A stretch of 64,000 nt of DNA. Origin: Sedimentisphaerales bacterium. Its GTDB lineage: Bacteria; Planctomycetota; Phycisphaerae; Sedimentisphaerales; Anaerobacaceae. The notes under the pieces are model-generated. The model was not told the origin of the DNA. It did no database searches and saw only the letters and a program-made list of their open reading frames with translations. The stretch is taken from contig JAXGYC010000007.1 in the NCBI GenBank assembly GCA_040772485.1, positions 256,001-320,000 of the forward strand. Reading direction: 5' to 3'. The translations under genes and the position numbers were made by a program. This document shows, piece after piece, positions 62,029 to 64,000 of the stretch (positions are counted from its first letter, which is position 1; each line of letters begins with the position of its first letter).

Positions 62029-62188
62029 AAAAGTCTGGAATATTCTCCTTTGCCTTCCAATCCGCTCGGAATGCGTATGAGTTTCCCACGAAAGCCAAGT
62101 CCCAGCCGTATAAAACCCGTCTCCAAAGAAGCGAAGGGCACGATCTTCCTCGAAACGGGCATCACCCTGAGCGATGAGGATGCCAGTT

Positions 62189-62608
62189 ATGTCGCAAAGT
62201 CAGCCGGACAGAGACGAAGATATCAAAGACCCAAGCTTCCAGGAACCGACGAATAAGCGCCTTACCAGGATGCTTCTCGATGTCGGCACGTCGTATTTGG
62301 TCACTGCCGGCAAGCTTCCCGGCCGCCTCACCCAGGCAGAGGCCGACGCTATGCTCGCCTACATCAACGCCCCACCGACAGACGCTGACTTCGATGACAT
62401 GGACCGGGTGTCCTCGTCCAATTCCTGCCTATCGAAAACCCAGGTCTATATCATCCTCATCCTTCTGTTCGAAGAATACTGGCGCCCAATCGACATCGCC
62501 CAGGCCTTTGACGTGACCGTCAAAGCGATCTACGCAATCAAGCGTGGCCTAATTTGGCCCGGCACCTACCAGCGCTACCGTCGCGATCAAGGCCTCGATT
62601 CCATCTAA
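62189..62608 (+). CDS. Hypothetical protein with a C-terminal HTH
   Basis: DIAQAFDVTVKAIYAIKRGLIW; GAGGA upstream of ATG 62189. Confidence 0.55.
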   Translation: MSQSQPDRDEDIKDPSFQEPTNKRLTRMLLDVGTSYLVTAGKLPGRLTQAEADAMLAYINAPPTDADFDDMDRVSSSNSCLSKTQVYIILILLFEEYWRPIDIAQAFDVTVKAIYAIKRGLIWPGTYQRYRRDQGLDSI

Positions 62609-63459
62609 CCCCAGGAGTCAATTCTACTGCCAGGACTATCTTGACAATTACTGCCAGGAGTGACCTTCCAGACACCCAATCTGAGGGGTCTCTCACGCAA
62701 TCTATCTCTGCCAGATGTCCATTAGCATTTCACTCACCAATCGCACTGGTCACTCACGGGAGTATGACGCTGTTTGTCCGCTCGGTGTCTGTTGGCCTAC
62801 CCATGCACTGGACTCGCCACCTGTCCCCTTCCCAGGTCGGGACTCCTATGGTTTTGTATCTGCTCGCCTGCCCAAGCCAACCCTCTTATTCCCTTGACTC
62901 GCCTCCCTCGCCCTCGCCTGCTCAATGAAACACAATGGATTTTATGCGACGAAGGCAACCGATCCTCGCACCACCTGTCCTCATGGCTCGCCTGGACCGA
63001 TCCAGCAGGCACACGCATACTCATATACGCGATAGGGCTTTCTTGGGGCCTTCTTGGCGCCTTCTATCTATTATTATAGGGCTATACCGTGCTTTATCGG
63101 AGTGAGTCAGCCTGTCCCTGGGTTATAGCTCCATCGCTTGCCCTGCCCCATAAAGGCCCGCCCCACCGGGAGGGCCTGGGTGGCATTCACGGACGCGGCT
63201 GGATTTATGACCTCATCTAATTATTCGACGTATGCTTAGGACCCCGCCTGAGCCGCAAGATACACCACAGTCACTTTTCGGGATTGGCCCCTCCTACGAA
63301 CAAGTGTCCCGCCTGCCGTTGTCGCACCGTATTCGCGGCCCCCTTCTGCTATCGCGCGAATTCTTGCCGGTTTCCTGGCAAGTAAAAGCGCCGTCAAGAC
63401 TATTGACTACAGATGGGGGCGCGTGGTGCGGCCCCGAACCAGGATTTCTCGGTAGGAGA

Positions 63460-64000
63460 ATGATGATGTCACAAGAAAAGACGCAAGAATTTGACGGTAC
63501 ACAGGCGGGAACAAGGGAGTACGAAGTGGGTACCAAACTGGCATCCAAGGTGTCCCTACATGAGATGTATCGACCTCAGACGTTCGAGGAAGTGGTCGGT
63601 CAAGATGCCGCTGTTAGGAAGATCAAGTTTCTTCTACGCCAACGTTGGGGTTGTCGGGCATGGTGGATTTCCGGTTCCAGCGGTACGGGCAAGACGACTC
63701 TGGCCCGGCTCATCGGCAAGTATCGGCGCGGATTGCTTGAGCCAGAACAGATGCTCCCCAATGACTACCGGATTTGCGAGGTCGATGCGGCTCATTTCAG
63801 TATCGCTAAAGGGCAGGCCGAATTCAGAAACGTAATGCAGTATGCGAATACCTTCGTGATCGTCAATGACGCTCATACGTTATCCCATAAGCTCGTCTTG
63901 GACTTGTCAACCTATCTCGAGAAGGAGATGTCTCGGTTTGTAGATGGCCCCAATATCTTTGAGGATACTTTCTCGGTGTTTGGATCAGTAGCCTTTACCG
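63460..64000 (+). CDS. Clamp-loader clade AAA+ ATPase (DnaX/RarA/RFC-like), runs off the right edge
   Basis: My translation: LHEMYRPQTFEEVVGQD, WISGSSGTGKTTLARL, Walker-B-like FVIVNDAH; AGGAGA RBS. Confidence 0.8.
   Translation, partial: MMMSQEKTQEFDGTQAGTREYEVGTKLASKVSLHEMYRPQTFEEVVGQDAAVRKIKFLLRQRWGCRAWWISGSSGTGKTTLARLIGKYRRGLLEPEQMLPNDYRICEVDAAHFSIAKGQAEFRNVMQYANTFVIVNDAHTLSHKLVLDLSTYLEKEMSRFVDGPNIFEDTFSVFGSVAFT

Larger units (their letters stand above)
57200..64000 (+). mobile_element. Integrated phage-satellite-like or defective prophage element; extends beyond the right edge, left boundary approximate
   Basis: Visibly lower GC and changed codon usage after miaB; two tyrosine recombinases, scaffold, major capsid, gp10-like gene, small ORFs and an AAA+ gene. 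Confidence 0.8.

Overview
GC-rich bacterial window. The gene content suggests an anaerobic Planctomycetota-like host, but that is inference only. It has four blocks. (1) 1-27.3 kb, minus strand: an exosortase-associated exopolysaccharide locus with EpsI, Wzx, RfbC, pyruvyltransferase, FrhB-like protein, two GNAT-like paralogues, GT2/GT4s, Wzy-like protein, two AsnB-type amidotransferases, methyltransferases, duplicated PssD/PssE, a degenerate nucleotidyltransferase fused to exosortase, and Wzc. The ~8.0-21.7 kb part is full of frameshifts that look like long-read errors. (2) 27.8-43.8 kb, plus strand: a 1466-aa surface protein with a Cys-containing C-terminal sorting tail, a CPBP glutamic intramembrane protease, and a T2SS operon (gspC-D-E-F-G-I-J-K-L-M). 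(3) 44-57.1 kb: a Zn-peptidase/Ddl-like ATP-grasp pair followed by a Cys-rich, poly-Asp/Glu small protein, then csp, three clan GH-A glycoside hydrolases, sppA and miaB. (4) 57.2 kb to the end: a lower-GC integrated element with two Xer-like recombinases, a scaffold and major capsid that share an N-terminal motif, an HK97 gp10-like gene and a clamp-loader-like AAA+ ATPase. No portal, terminase or tail genes are visible, so it is phage-satellite-like. No rRNA, tRNA or CRISPR array was recognised. All calls come from motif reading by eye; no searches were run.
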